A stretch of 64,000 bases of DNA from Syntrophales bacterium (GTDB lineage: Bacteria > Desulfobacterota > Syntrophia > Syntrophales > UBA2210), in assembly GCA_963662405.2 (NCBI GenBank), contig CAXXKT010000003.1, forward strand, positions 160,001 through 224,000, in the 5' to 3' direction. This document shows positions 45,248 through 54,383 of this stretch, in pieces; within the stretch, counting starts at the first letter, position 1; each line of letters opens with the position of its first letter. The position numbers were made by a program, and so were the translations under genes. The notes beneath the pieces were generated by a model that was not told where the DNA came from, searched no databases, and saw only the letters and a list, made by a program, of their open reading frames with translations.

Positions 45248-46387
45248 ATGGATTTCTATCTGACGGAAGAACAAGCGATGTTTCGGGAGACGGCGAGGAA
45301 ATTTGCGGAAACGGAGATTGCGCCTCTCATCGATACGATGGAAGAGACAAAGCGGACCCCGCGTGATCTGATCAAGAAGATGCGCGATCTGAGCTTTTAC
45401 GGCATCCAATATCCCACCGAATACGGCGGCGTGGGAAGCACATATCTCGAGTATGTGATAGTCCTTGAAGAGTTATCACGCGTCTACTGCTCGATCGGTG
45501 GTCACATCTCGGTCAACTGCCTCTGTGCCGGTTCACTCGAAGAATTCGGAACAGAGGAACAGAAGAAGAAATACCTCCCCGACGTGCTCCAGGGTGATGC
45601 CGTCGGCAGCTTCGCTTTCACGGAACCATCGACAGGTTCCGACCCGGGAGCGGTCAAGACAACCTGCGTCCGTGAAGGAGACGAGTGGGTCATCAATGGA
45701 GAAAAGATCTTCATTACGAACTCTTCGATCCCCGGTTATATCATCCTTTTCTGCAAGGATGTGGAGTTGGACGGTAAGATCACCGCAATCATCGTTCCCA
45801 AAGACACGAAAGGATACGCCACCCCCAAATTGGTGGAGAAGATGGGGATGAACGGCATGGAAGTCGCCGACGTCGTGTTGCAGGATGTCCGTGTTCCGTA
45901 TGAAAACACGCTCGGTGGCGAGGCGTTCCGGGGAAAGGCCTTCAAGACCCTGACGACGGAGATTGCCGTCGGAAAACTGGGGATTTCCGCAGAAGCTACC
46001 GGGCTGGCCCAGGGTGCTTTTGATACGGCCCTCCAGTATGCCAAGGAACGGGTTCAGCGAGGGAAACCGATTACCAAATTTCAGACGATTCAATGGTTGC
46101 TCGGTGAGATGGCGTCTGATATAGAGGCGATGCGCTATTCCACCTATGCAACGGCATTCAAGAAATCGCAGGGAGAAGATATCCTCTTTCAATCGGCCCG
46201 GACGCGTCTGTTCGTCTCCCAGGCATGTCATCGCGTAGTCAGCAACGCCATGCAGATCATGGGCGCTTTTTCTTACTCGAAAGAGTTCCCCATTGAAAGG
46301 ATGTTCCGTGATATGAAGCTCACGGAGATCTACGAGGGTGTAAATGAGATCCAGAGGGTAATGTCAGCAGCGGAATTTTTGCGCTAA
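45248..46387 (+). CDS. Acyl-CoA dehydrogenase
   Basis: FAFTEPSTGSD, WVINGEKIFITN, YAKERVQ, IYEGVNEIQR. Confidence 0.92.
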   Translation: MDFYLTEEQAMFRETARKFAETEIAPLIDTMEETKRTPRDLIKKMRDLSFYGIQYPTEYGGVGSTYLEYVIVLEELSRVYCSIGGHISVNCLCAGSLEEFGTEEQKKKYLPDVLQGDAVGSFAFTEPSTGSDPGAVKTTCVREGDEWVINGEKIFITNSSIPGYIILFCKDVELDGKITAIIVPKDTKGYATPKLVEKMGMNGMEVADVVLQDVRVPYENTLGGEAFRGKAFKTLTTEIAVGKLGISAEATGLAQGAFDTALQYAKERVQRGKPITKFQTIQWLLGEMASDIEAMRYSTYATAFKKSQGEDILFQSARTRLFVSQACHRVVSNAMQIMGAFSYSKEFPIERMFRDMKLTEIYEGVNEIQRVMSAAEFLR

Positions 46388-46417
46388 AAAAACAAAGAAA
46401 CGGGATAAGGAGGCGTT

Positions 46418-47194
46418 ATGGAATTGAAATACTTGTTGCTCTCGGTTGAAGACAAGGTGGCGACGGTGACTATTCACCGTCCGGATAAGGGAAATTCACT
46501 GGCTCCCGAGGTCCTTGAGGAAATCGAGACACTCTTTACCGAAATCAGCAAACGCCAGGATGTCAATGTGGTCGTCCTGACGGGAGGTGAAAAATACTTT
46601 TCAGCCGGATTCGATCTGACCATTATCCGCAAGCTGGAAAAGGTATCCAACGAAGATTACACCGCCCTCTTCCACCGGGCATACCGAGCGATCCTGTACT
46701 GCGATCAGCCCGTTATCTGCGCGGTCGGCGGGGCTGCTATTGCCGGGGGATTCGATCTGACCCTTATGTGTGATATCCGTTATGCGTCGGAACGGGCCAA
46801 GTTCGGACAGCGCGAGATCGTTCTCTCACTGACACCGATCATGGATCCCCTGTGGCGAATCATCGGCCTGGGGCGTGCCAAGGAAGTCGCTCTCACCGGT
46901 CGCATCTACGATGCCTATGAAGCGGAAAAGATGGGGTATGTATCCCAGGTGTTCCCGGAAGGAAAATTGATCGAGTCCGTTATGGCCATTGCCAAAGAGA
47001 TGGCAACCTACGACAGGATGTGTCTGAAAGAGACCAAGCAGCTTTCCAACCACGTTCTGGGTCAGGACCTCGACAGCGCAATGAGAGTGGAAGAATGGCT
47101 CTTCAGAACCTTTATCGGGTCTGAGGACAATCATCAGCGAATTGATGCCCTGCAAGAGAAACTTGCGGCGGCACGAGCAAAGAAGAATAAGTAA
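46418..47194 (+). CDS. Enoyl-CoA hydratase/isomerase family protein
   Basis: FSAGFDL, AIAGGFDLTLMCDIR, AKFGQRE. Confidence 0.88.
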   Translation: MELKYLLLSVEDKVATVTIHRPDKGNSLAPEVLEEIETLFTEISKRQDVNVVVLTGGEKYFSAGFDLTIIRKLEKVSNEDYTALFHRAYRAILYCDQPVICAVGGAAIAGGFDLTLMCDIRYASERAKFGQREIVLSLTPIMDPLWRIIGLGRAKEVALTGRIYDAYEAEKMGYVSQVFPEGKLIESVMAIAKEMATYDRMCLKETKQLSNHVLGQDLDSAMRVEEWLFRTFIGSEDNHQRIDALQEKLAAARAKKNK

Positions 47195-47437
47195 ACAAAG
47201 GCTCCCTCACGCTTGACACGTCTGGGATAAACCACACCAACGGTGACGGTGAGAAAACTCGAACCGCACGGGGCTCGAATTCGCGGGCAGGACATCAGAT
47301 CCTGCCCGCGACCAATCGAAAACCCGCCATTCAGGGATACGAGATTATACACCACGCATTATCTCTTAAAACATTGAGCGCCCCACACGGGCGAGGGGGA
47401 TGTCGTACCGATAATTCAAAAAGGAGGAATTAGAGAT

Positions 47438-47550
47438 ATGGAAGAGGTTGTCATTGTATCCGCGTGTCGAACGGCGATCAGTAAATTCCTGGGGAGTCTG
47501 AAGGACGTACCGGCGCGAGATCTTGCCGTCACGGCCGGAAAGGAAGCGGT
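47438..47550 (+). pseudogene. Thiolase, N-terminal fragment
   Basis: [46 protein letters not shown], then similarity stops abruptly. Confidence 0.85.
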
Positions 47551-48522
47551 AAATCAGTTAAAAGCATCTGCGAAGTTGATCCAACAACTTCAATACTATT
47601 TCTTGAATCGGGGTTTAGCCTTGGCGCAGGATCTACACCACCAATTATGATGATGCCGTCGAGGTCTATCGGCTAAACAAAAAGCTGCCCCGGAATGATT
47701 ACGCCGTGTCTGAGCCGGTACCGAATAAATTGCCACACGGCGCAGTTGTTCGCCTGCACGGGAGCATAAGGCAGGTTACACCCGAGAATGTCCGCACTAG
47801 CTTGGTTCTTTGCGAGGTGTCCTACGTCAATCAGTATGTTGTACGCTCACCTTGGTACGATCAATCCCAGCGCGATCTGACGTTAGCGAGCGCCTTGTAC
47901 ATTGTCGGGTACAGCCTTGCTGACTACCACATTGCGGGTCTCCTCCTCAAAGACCCAGAGCTCGCAAAGCGGACACTCTTTGTTCAAGGGCCGGACCATG
48001 GCGATGTTTTTCTGCGACGGACAAAACCTTATGGCCGTACCCTGTTCATCGGCATGAAAGGCTTCGCGGATGCCTTGAAGAAGGCACCCAGACCCGATAC
48101 GACGTCTGATCTGTCCCGACTCAAGTCGTTCAGGTCGTTGAACCCGGTGCGGGGTAGCAAGTCCATCATTTCAAACCTACCAGATTGATACGCAGGCGTT
48201 TCGGATTGCATTGTTGTTGGCGATCTCCGAAAAGCCAGGTGGCACGATCACGCACATCGATGATGTTTTGACCGGGTTGGAGCGCATTGATGGCATGCTG
48301 ACTGATGACAGCCATCGTGCTTATGCCGTAAAGGTGCTCGCTAACATTCCGCAATTTGTATCAGCTAGACAAAATCATAGCGAAGCGATCGCCATACATT
48401 ATTGGTTGCTCAAAATCGGCGATTCGCTCTCAGGCCTTCCTCGTGACTTTAAAAAAGTATCAGGGTCGGAACTGATCCGAACACGCATGATGAAATCGGC
48501 TGACCTGTTTCTCGAAACTTAG
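47551..48522 (+). pseudogene. Fragmented SIR2-like domain gene
   Basis: [12 protein letters not shown] (frame from 47551), [27 protein letters not shown] (frame from 47619); 48211-48522 may be a C-terminal piece. Confidence 0.7.
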
Positions 48523-48682
48523 ATTGATAAGAGCTTGCTTTCCTGTGGCAGAAGGATATCCTGCGCTCTCGTAGCCGCAGCAAGACCTTACATTGGTTCC
48601 AATACAGGGCAACAAGTCACACTCACAGAGCACGATAAAACGATGCTCGAAATAAAAGGTCTGAAGGAATGATGTTCTAACC

Positions 48683-49901
48683 TAGTGTCATGTCACTCAT
48701 CGAGTGTCGGGTAGAGGCGTGACAGTTTTATCCGGGCATCATTGGCAGTAAACTGCCAATTCACCTTGGCGTCTTTGTTATTTCTGAATTCCTGCCATGC
48801 CCGGACTTCTTTTCTAACAATATCGATATCGGCGATCCGTCTATTCAAACATTGACCGGTTAGCACATTTAATTCTATCTCCGCCATATTCAACCAACTT
48901 CCATGCTTCGGGGTATACACAAATTCGAAACGATCCCATAATGCTTTTGCCGTCTCCGGAGGAAAAGTCTCATACAGTGCTCCGGGCTCATGGGTATTCA
49001 GATTATCCATCACCAACGTGATTTTCTCGGCATCTTTGTAATAACCGGCAATTTCCTCCAAAAAAAGTGCCCAATCATGTTTTGTTCTTCTTTCAGAGAT
49101 GGTCACCATACGTTTCCCCGCCAGTGGTTCACAGGCAAGAAAAATGGTACACACGCCCCGGCGGCAATACTCATAATCATATCGTGTCGGCCGTCCCGGT
49201 GACGCAGGAATGGGACACCTTGTTTCACCGATCAGTTGCTTCGGCGATTCATCCATGCATACGACAGGACGAAACGGATCATAAGGACGCTTGTAGACAT
49301 CAAGAACCTTTTCCATATGGGCAACAAAGCTGCCATTATGCTCCGGTGGAATCACCCATCCTTTATGCCTCCATGGCTTGAGCTCGTTTTTTTTAAAATG
49401 CGTCGAACCGCTTCATGGGAAATACTGTCAATATAGTTCAGCTCGACCGCCTTGTCCGCCAATAATCGTAACGACCACCGGGGAAAACCTTCCGGTGGGT
49501 CACTGCAGCTTAATGCAACCAAATGGGCCTCAAAATCACCATCCGCCTTCTTCGTATACACCCGATTCGCTTTTCTTTTATCGAAGGCGTAATCAAACCC
49601 TTCTTCAACAAACCGTTTCTTGACCCGGTCAATCTTTTTCATGCTTATGTTCAAAACCCGCGCAATTTCTTCGTTGGTTGAACGGCTTGTCTGATATTCT
49701 CCCGAATCACAATCAAGTAGAATCAACGCATTGAGAACCTTCTGTGTCCTATGTTTCCCCTTTGTCACAACACTCATGAGATATTCACGCTCATTCTTGC
49801 TCAGTGTCACTCTGTATCTCTTCATAACCAAGCCTCCTTGGGTGATTATGAAGATCACTATACTTCATTTATTACGACATATCAGGGTTGACGTGACACT
49901 A
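48683..49901 (-). mobile_element. IS630-family insertion sequence
   Basis: IRs TAGTGTCATGTCA / TAGTGTCACGTCA in CTAG context at both ends; two-ORF transposase. Confidence 0.9.
48693..49825 (-). CDS. IS630 transposase (programmed -1 frameshift at A8, 49387-49394)
   Basis: OrfA RWSLRLLADK..ISHEAVRRILKK; OrfB VCMDE, VMDNLNTH, TPKHGSWLNMAEIE. Confidence 0.9.
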
Positions 49902-49902
49902 G

Positions 49903-50068
49903 TAAGCAGAGTGCCCCATTGTGCCTGAATGGACCGAACCGAACCCAAAATGACCGCAAGCACATTAAGTCGAATGAGCGTGAGAATCGAAATGTCGAAA
50001 ACGCGACTGGCTGTGTCTCCTTCTTTAGCTACTTCCACTATCTCCCATGTCCGTTTCCGGATATTCAT
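49903..50068 (-). pseudogene. Ion transporter (K+ channel-like) 5' fragment truncated by IS630
   Basis: RKRTWEIVEVAKEGDTASRVFDISILTLIRLNVLAVILGSV; ATGA overlap with the DUF4236 gene; no continuation beyond the IS. Confidence 0.6.
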
Positions 50069-51246
50069 GCTGCGTTGCTCTCCTTTTCCCCATGGATCAG
50101 TAGGTCAATCACGCGTCCGATGTAGATGGGAGTGTCGATCTTCAATATGATTGGCTTGCCTGATCCAACTTTAGTTATCTCGATTGTTCCCTCATCAATA
50201 TCAACATTCAGATCGCCAATATCCGAGAGCCGTATATTGGTAGTGCCATTACCCACGACGAACACTCGTTTGTTTGTCAGGATCAGAGTTCCGTCGCGTC
50301 GTATTGTGTATTCGTATCCAGTCAGGGAGTTTTTCGATTTCCGTTTTGAGAGAACCTGAACTTGGCATTGATAGAAAGCGTTTTCGCTCTTCTGTATTGG
50401 CTCTGAAAGATCACAACGTGGTATGGTCTCAAGGGGTAGTCGTAGAGCCTGCGTGTCCATGATTTCCTGTACGATGTCAAGCTCACGTTGAACTTCGGTT
50501 TGGGGAATTGCCAATCCAACCATGAGGTTAATAAGTTTGTTGAGTTCTTCCTGTGTAATTTTACGATCTTGAATAGCTTCAATATAGGCGGCTGAGAATA
50601 TTTCTTTCTTTGCCCGTAGTCGTGTGTTTGGGTCAATCCCTAAAGTCTTTTCAACTGTGGCGATCGTCGCCGCTTCTTCCTTTGTGATGAATCCGTCGTC
50701 GAGAACCTTGTCAAGGAAAGCTTGATAGACATCAGCCTCTATCTTTTCGACAGATCGCTTGCTTGCTTGGGTCTTCGGTAATTCCTGTTGCTGTTGCTTC
50801 AGGCTGGCAAGCACCCCGGCAGATGGCGGTGATTGTGCGGTAACGAACGCTGAATCAAGAAATTGCTTGTAGACAGTGACAATCTTCTGCTGGCGAAGCT
50901 GGATGTGCCAGTAGATAACAGGAATGCCGATTGCTGCAACGATGAAAAGGATAAGAACAGTCGGGTTCTTCACCAACCATCGAAATAGCCATACTCCGAG
51001 TACAATCGCAATAGCAACGAACAATATCGTGACCCCCTTGCCATCTGAACTCGATTGGGTACGTGTATGGCCGGATGAAAGGTGTTTCCGGTAATAAAGG
51101 CCGTGCCGGCCTGCATGAACGTATGTTCCCCGAGGACCAACGCCAAGGCGCGCCCCTTTTACGCCGCCAGAGAGGCCGAGGCCACTTTTCGATAGGTTGA
51201 AACGAACCGGCCCAGCGCGGAAGCTTTTTCTCAGGTAAAGGCCCAT
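50065..51246 (-). CDS. DUF4236 domain membrane protein
   Basis: N-terminus MGLYLRKSFRAGPVRFNLSKSGLGLSGGVKGARL..GLYYRK; two TM helices; C-terminal GTLILTNKRVFVVG (PH-like); AAGGAGG SD. Confidence 0.8.
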   Translation of the reverse strand: MGLYLRKSFRAGPVRFNLSKSGLGLSGGVKGARLGVGPRGTYVHAGRHGLYYRKHLSSGHTRTQSSSDGKGVTILFVAIAIVLGVWLFRWLVKNPTVLILFIVAAIGIPVIYWHIQLRQQKIVTVYKQFLDSAFVTAQSPPSAGVLASLKQQQQELPKTQASKRSVEKIEADVYQAFLDKVLDDGFITKEEAATIATVEKTLGIDPNTRLRAKKEIFSAAYIEAIQDRKITQEELNKLINLMVGLAIPQTEVQRELDIVQEIMDTQALRLPLETIPRCDLSEPIQKSENAFYQCQVQVLSKRKSKNSLTGYEYTIRRDGTLILTNKRVFVVGNGTTNIRLSDIGDLNVDIDEGTIEITKVGSGKPIILKIDTPIYIGRVIDLLIHGEKESNAA

Positions 51247-51306
51247 ATTGCTCTATTCCTCCTTGTTATTAAACATGCCTGCTTGGTACCTTGTATAAAA
51301 AAACAA

Positions 51307-52042
51307 GGGTCTTGACTAGAACAGCACACGGAAATATGTTAAGAGTCTAGTCATGTCAATAAGTAACAAGTATGTAAAAAATTCCAAAATTTCAGAGGCA
51401 AAATTTAGAGAGATCGTGAAGTATTTTGCCTTCGATTTGGATGCTCAAACCATCGCTCTTTTAACAAAACTCAATAGAAATACGGTGAATCGATATCTGT
51501 CTTTGATTCGTCAACGTATAGCTGATCTGTGCGAAGAAGAATCACCATTTCAGGGTGAAATCGAGGTTGACGAATCATATTTCGGTGCAAAACGTATCAA
51601 AGGGAAACGAGGCCGTGGGGCCGGGAGAAAAACCCCTGTATTCGGTATCCTGCAACGAAAAGGCAGTGTCTATACCGAAATCGTTCCCGATTGCGCCAGG
51701 AAGACTCTCCAGGCCATTATCAGGGGCAAAGTTGAACCGAATAGTGTCATACATTCAGATAGTTGGAGAGGCTATGATGGTTTGGTTGACTTGGGATACA
51801 AAAAGCATTACCGTGTTCATCACGGAGCCAATGAATTTGCCAGGGGGAAAAGCCACATCAATGGCATTGAATCCTTCTGGTCATTCGCAAAACGGAGGCT
51901 GATGAAGTTCCATGGTATTCCACAATCAACCTTTTACCTGCATCTCAAGGAATGTGAGTTCCGGTTCAACAACCGTAACACCGATATCTATAAATTGTTG
52001 TTAAAGAACTTCAAAAATAAACCGCTGTTCTAGTCAAGACCC
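51307..52042 (+). mobile_element. IS1595-family IS, copy 1 (736 bp)
   Basis: 19-bp IR GGGTCTTGACTAGAACAGC; 8-bp TSD AAAAACAA (51299-51306, 52043-52050). Confidence 0.95.
51353..52033 (+). CDS. IS1595-family transposase
   Basis: IEVDESYFG, HSDSWRGY, HINGIESFWS, KECEFRFN. Confidence 0.93.
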   Translation: MSISNKYVKNSKISEAKFREIVKYFAFDLDAQTIALLTKLNRNTVNRYLSLIRQRIADLCEEESPFQGEIEVDESYFGAKRIKGKRGRGAGRKTPVFGILQRKGSVYTEIVPDCARKTLQAIIRGKVEPNSVIHSDSWRGYDGLVDLGYKKHYRVHHGANEFARGKSHINGIESFWSFAKRRLMKFHGIPQSTFYLHLKECEFRFNNRNTDIYKLLLKNFKNKPLF

Positions 52043-52193
52043 AAAAACAAAAGCCCCATCTCTCATTTTGAGAAACAGGGCTTTGATGATCAGACCATAA
52101 TCCTCCTTGGTTACAGCTGTTCATAAGCAGATATAATACAGATATTTCAATGAAACATGTTGACCCTTTAACTCCATGTTGGTGTCATGTCAA
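52043..52193 (-). promoter_or_regulatory. Conserved leader element copy B (promoter, hairpin with SD and mini-ORF ATG-GTC-TGA, intrinsic terminator)
   Basis: Minus strand: TTGACA (52193-52188), N17, TAAAGG; AGCTGTAACCAAGGAGGATTATGGTCTGATCATCAAAGCCCTGTTTCTC-AAAAT-GAGAGATGGGGCTTTTGTTTTT. Confidence 0.65.
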
Positions 52194-52520
52194 GCGATTT
52201 TCCGATGAGACTTACAATCAGTATTAATCGATTTTTTTTCTAGAATTATTCTGAGCAGTAGGTAGGTGAATACAATACACTTGATCAATTATTTATAAGG
52301 TTACACAAGAGAAAGGAGTGGGTAACGGAACAATAACACGCGGACTGATACTTTTCGAACCACAGGGATAAATTTGTGCTAGACAAGATGGCAAAACAAG
52401 GGAACAGATAGAATTGAAGGCGATAGATGGAACAGGAAATTTTGTCTCTCTTCAATAATTGTGGGAAATCAGACCATGGATTAAGGGGTTAACTTTAAGT
52501 ATTTATTGACTTTTTGCCAG

Positions 52521-52565
52521 CTACGAATCCGAAGGTCCTAGGTTCGAATCCTAGTGGGCGTACCA
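52521..52565 (+). repeat. attR: duplicated 3' 45 bp of tRNA-Arg(ACG)
   Basis: CTACGAATCCGAAGGTCCTAGGTTCGAATCCTAGTGGGCGTACCA identical to 33403-33447; begins at the anticodon loop. Confidence 0.95.
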
Positions 52566-52739
52566 TTTTACAAACAAGGGGTTACGAGTCTTAGAAACGG
52601 CTTGTGCCCCTTGTTTTTTTGTAAAGGGTATTGCTGTCGCTTATTCAGCCTTGACATTGATATGAATGAGCACGATTGATTGTATTCTTGTAATGCATTT
52701 GCCTTATAGAAATATTTCATATATTATCCGTCGAAAAAG

Positions 52740-53840
52740 ATGAAGAAAGGGATGCTTACCTTGAAAAAGTTCTTTGTTTCTAGTTTGTTGTGTGCTTTTT
52801 GCGTGTTCTTTATGTCGATTCCCTCTTTGGCCAACAGCGGAAAGACGTTAACAGTTGTATATACTGGTGATCTGTCAGGAGACATTGCCACCATCCGTTG
52901 TTGCGGGGGGAGACATTCGGGAGGACTTGCGCGAACTGCGACTGTTGTCAAGGCGATACGGAGCAATGAGGATCGAGTGGTCTTCTTGGATTACGGTAAC
53001 TTGCTTCCCCCCATCGGTCGATTCGGTCTTTCCGGCCCTCGGATTGTCGCTGACCTCGGTCTGAAGGCGATGAACAAGATGGGGTATACCGCCATGAATC
53101 TGGGAGAAGACGATTTCTCTCTCGGCGCCGCGTTCCTCAAGAAGGCGGTGTCCACAGCCGATTTCCCCGTGATCACCTCAAATCTTATATATCGAGACAG
53201 CCTGCTCCCCTTTGGGGAAAAGTATGTTGTCAGGGATGTTGGTGGAATCCGCGTTGGTATCATCGGCATCATGCCGACGGACTCGTTTGCGAAAATGATG
53301 GACCAGCAAGCTGTATCGAATCTGGAGATCATTCCTCCGTCGGATGCCCTCAAAGATTTACTGCCTGAAGTCAGGGAAAAAGCCGATCTTGTCATTCTCC
53401 TTTCCCAATGCGGCCTTGAGGTTACTTCTCTCTTGGTAAGTAATACGATCAGTAAACTGGATGGAATTGATCTGGTAATATCCAGCACGGGGGGGAGATC
53501 GCATCTTACTGCTGGCACTGCCGGAACACCTGTTGTAACCATTGGGCGTCGGGGCAAACAGCTTGGTGTTGTCAAATTGCGGGTCGCTGATACCGGCGCT
53601 GTTGAGGTAAAGAAACGCGAGCTGATTAACCTGAACGAATCTGTTGCCCTTGACGGCGAGATCGTTGCGATAACCGGTAACGATAACCGTGAAACAATCG
53701 GCGAGAGAAAGAAGGTGCTTGCTGAAACAGAACGTAAAAGAATGGAGCGTGAAATAGAGGAACTTCAGAAATTAAGTCCCCAGGAATATGTGGAAATGCT
53801 GAAACGGAAAAACTCTTCCACATCGGAAAATACACCGTGA
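52740..53840 (+). CDS. Secreted 5'-nucleotidase/UshA-like metallophosphoesterase N-terminal domain protein
   Basis: Signal peptide; VVYTGDLSG, GGLARTAT, FLDYGN, MNLGEDDF, VILLSQ, IDLVIS; lacks the C-terminal nucleotidase domain. Confidence 0.75.
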   Translation: MKKGMLTLKKFFVSSLLCAFCVFFMSIPSLANSGKTLTVVYTGDLSGDIATIRCCGGRHSGGLARTATVVKAIRSNEDRVVFLDYGNLLPPIGRFGLSGPRIVADLGLKAMNKMGYTAMNLGEDDFSLGAAFLKKAVSTADFPVITSNLIYRDSLLPFGEKYVVRDVGGIRVGIIGIMPTDSFAKMMDQQAVSNLEIIPPSDALKDLLPEVREKADLVILLSQCGLEVTSLLVSNTISKLDGIDLVISSTGGRSHLTAGTAGTPVVTIGRRGKQLGVVKLRVADTGAVEVKKRELINLNESVALDGEIVAITGNDNRETIGERKKVLAETERKRMEREIEELQKLSPQEYVEMLKRKNSSTSENTP

Positions 53841-54295
53841 CTCGGTATCAAACGGTGGAGGATTTGATCAATAAGAAAGATATGCGTTTTGTGTATTGAT
53901 CATCATATAGGCCGGTTTCAGCGTTGAGATCTTTGCCGGGCAGGAGTTAAAGGGTCTGTCCCTTTCGGATCATCCCTTTTGCGACAACGCGAGGGGTACT
54001 CTGCGAAATTCATCCAGGACAAATCAGGGACCGATCAAAGAAATATCCCTATGATCCTATGGTCATTCGCCTCGTGAGCGTGGAATCACTTTCAGCCCCG
54101 GAGATAAAGAGAATAGGGGGTCGTTGTGAGTATGCGGCAAAGGGCATAACACCTCCAGCTATCGGGATATCCCCTTGATATATAACATCTTAAAATGAAA
54201 GCCGAATATGCGGTAGGGCACGGACCCGTTTCGAGGCGCCGTTGCGTGCTTTTTCCCTGTAAGAGAAAATTAGGAGATAGGAGGATCAAAAACTC

Positions 54296-54323
54296 TCAAG
54301 TTTATCGTCGAAAGTGCCGATGA
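54296..54323 (+). promoter_or_regulatory. Candidate sigma28 (FliA) promoter
   Basis: TCAA-N16-GCCGATGA upstream of the HDOD gene. Confidence 0.5.
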
Positions 54324-54383
54324 AACCAAACAAGTGACGTTCTCACGTTTCGTATTCATGGGTTCATACAGCTTAAAAGGAGG

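Larger units (their letters stand above)
33403..52565. mobile_element. Genomic island integrated at tRNA-Arg(ACG), ~19.1 kb, decayed
   Basis: Identical 45-bp direct repeats at 33403-33447 and 52521-52565; adjacent integrase remnant; visibly AT-richer than flanks; multiple IS. Confidence 0.92.

Noticed and set aside
52521..52565. Second tRNA-Arg gene
   Set aside because: Only the 3' 45 nt are present; it is the attR duplication
52886..52912. Selenocysteine codon in the UshA-like protein
   Set aside because: Codons are TGT TGC; no in-frame TGA
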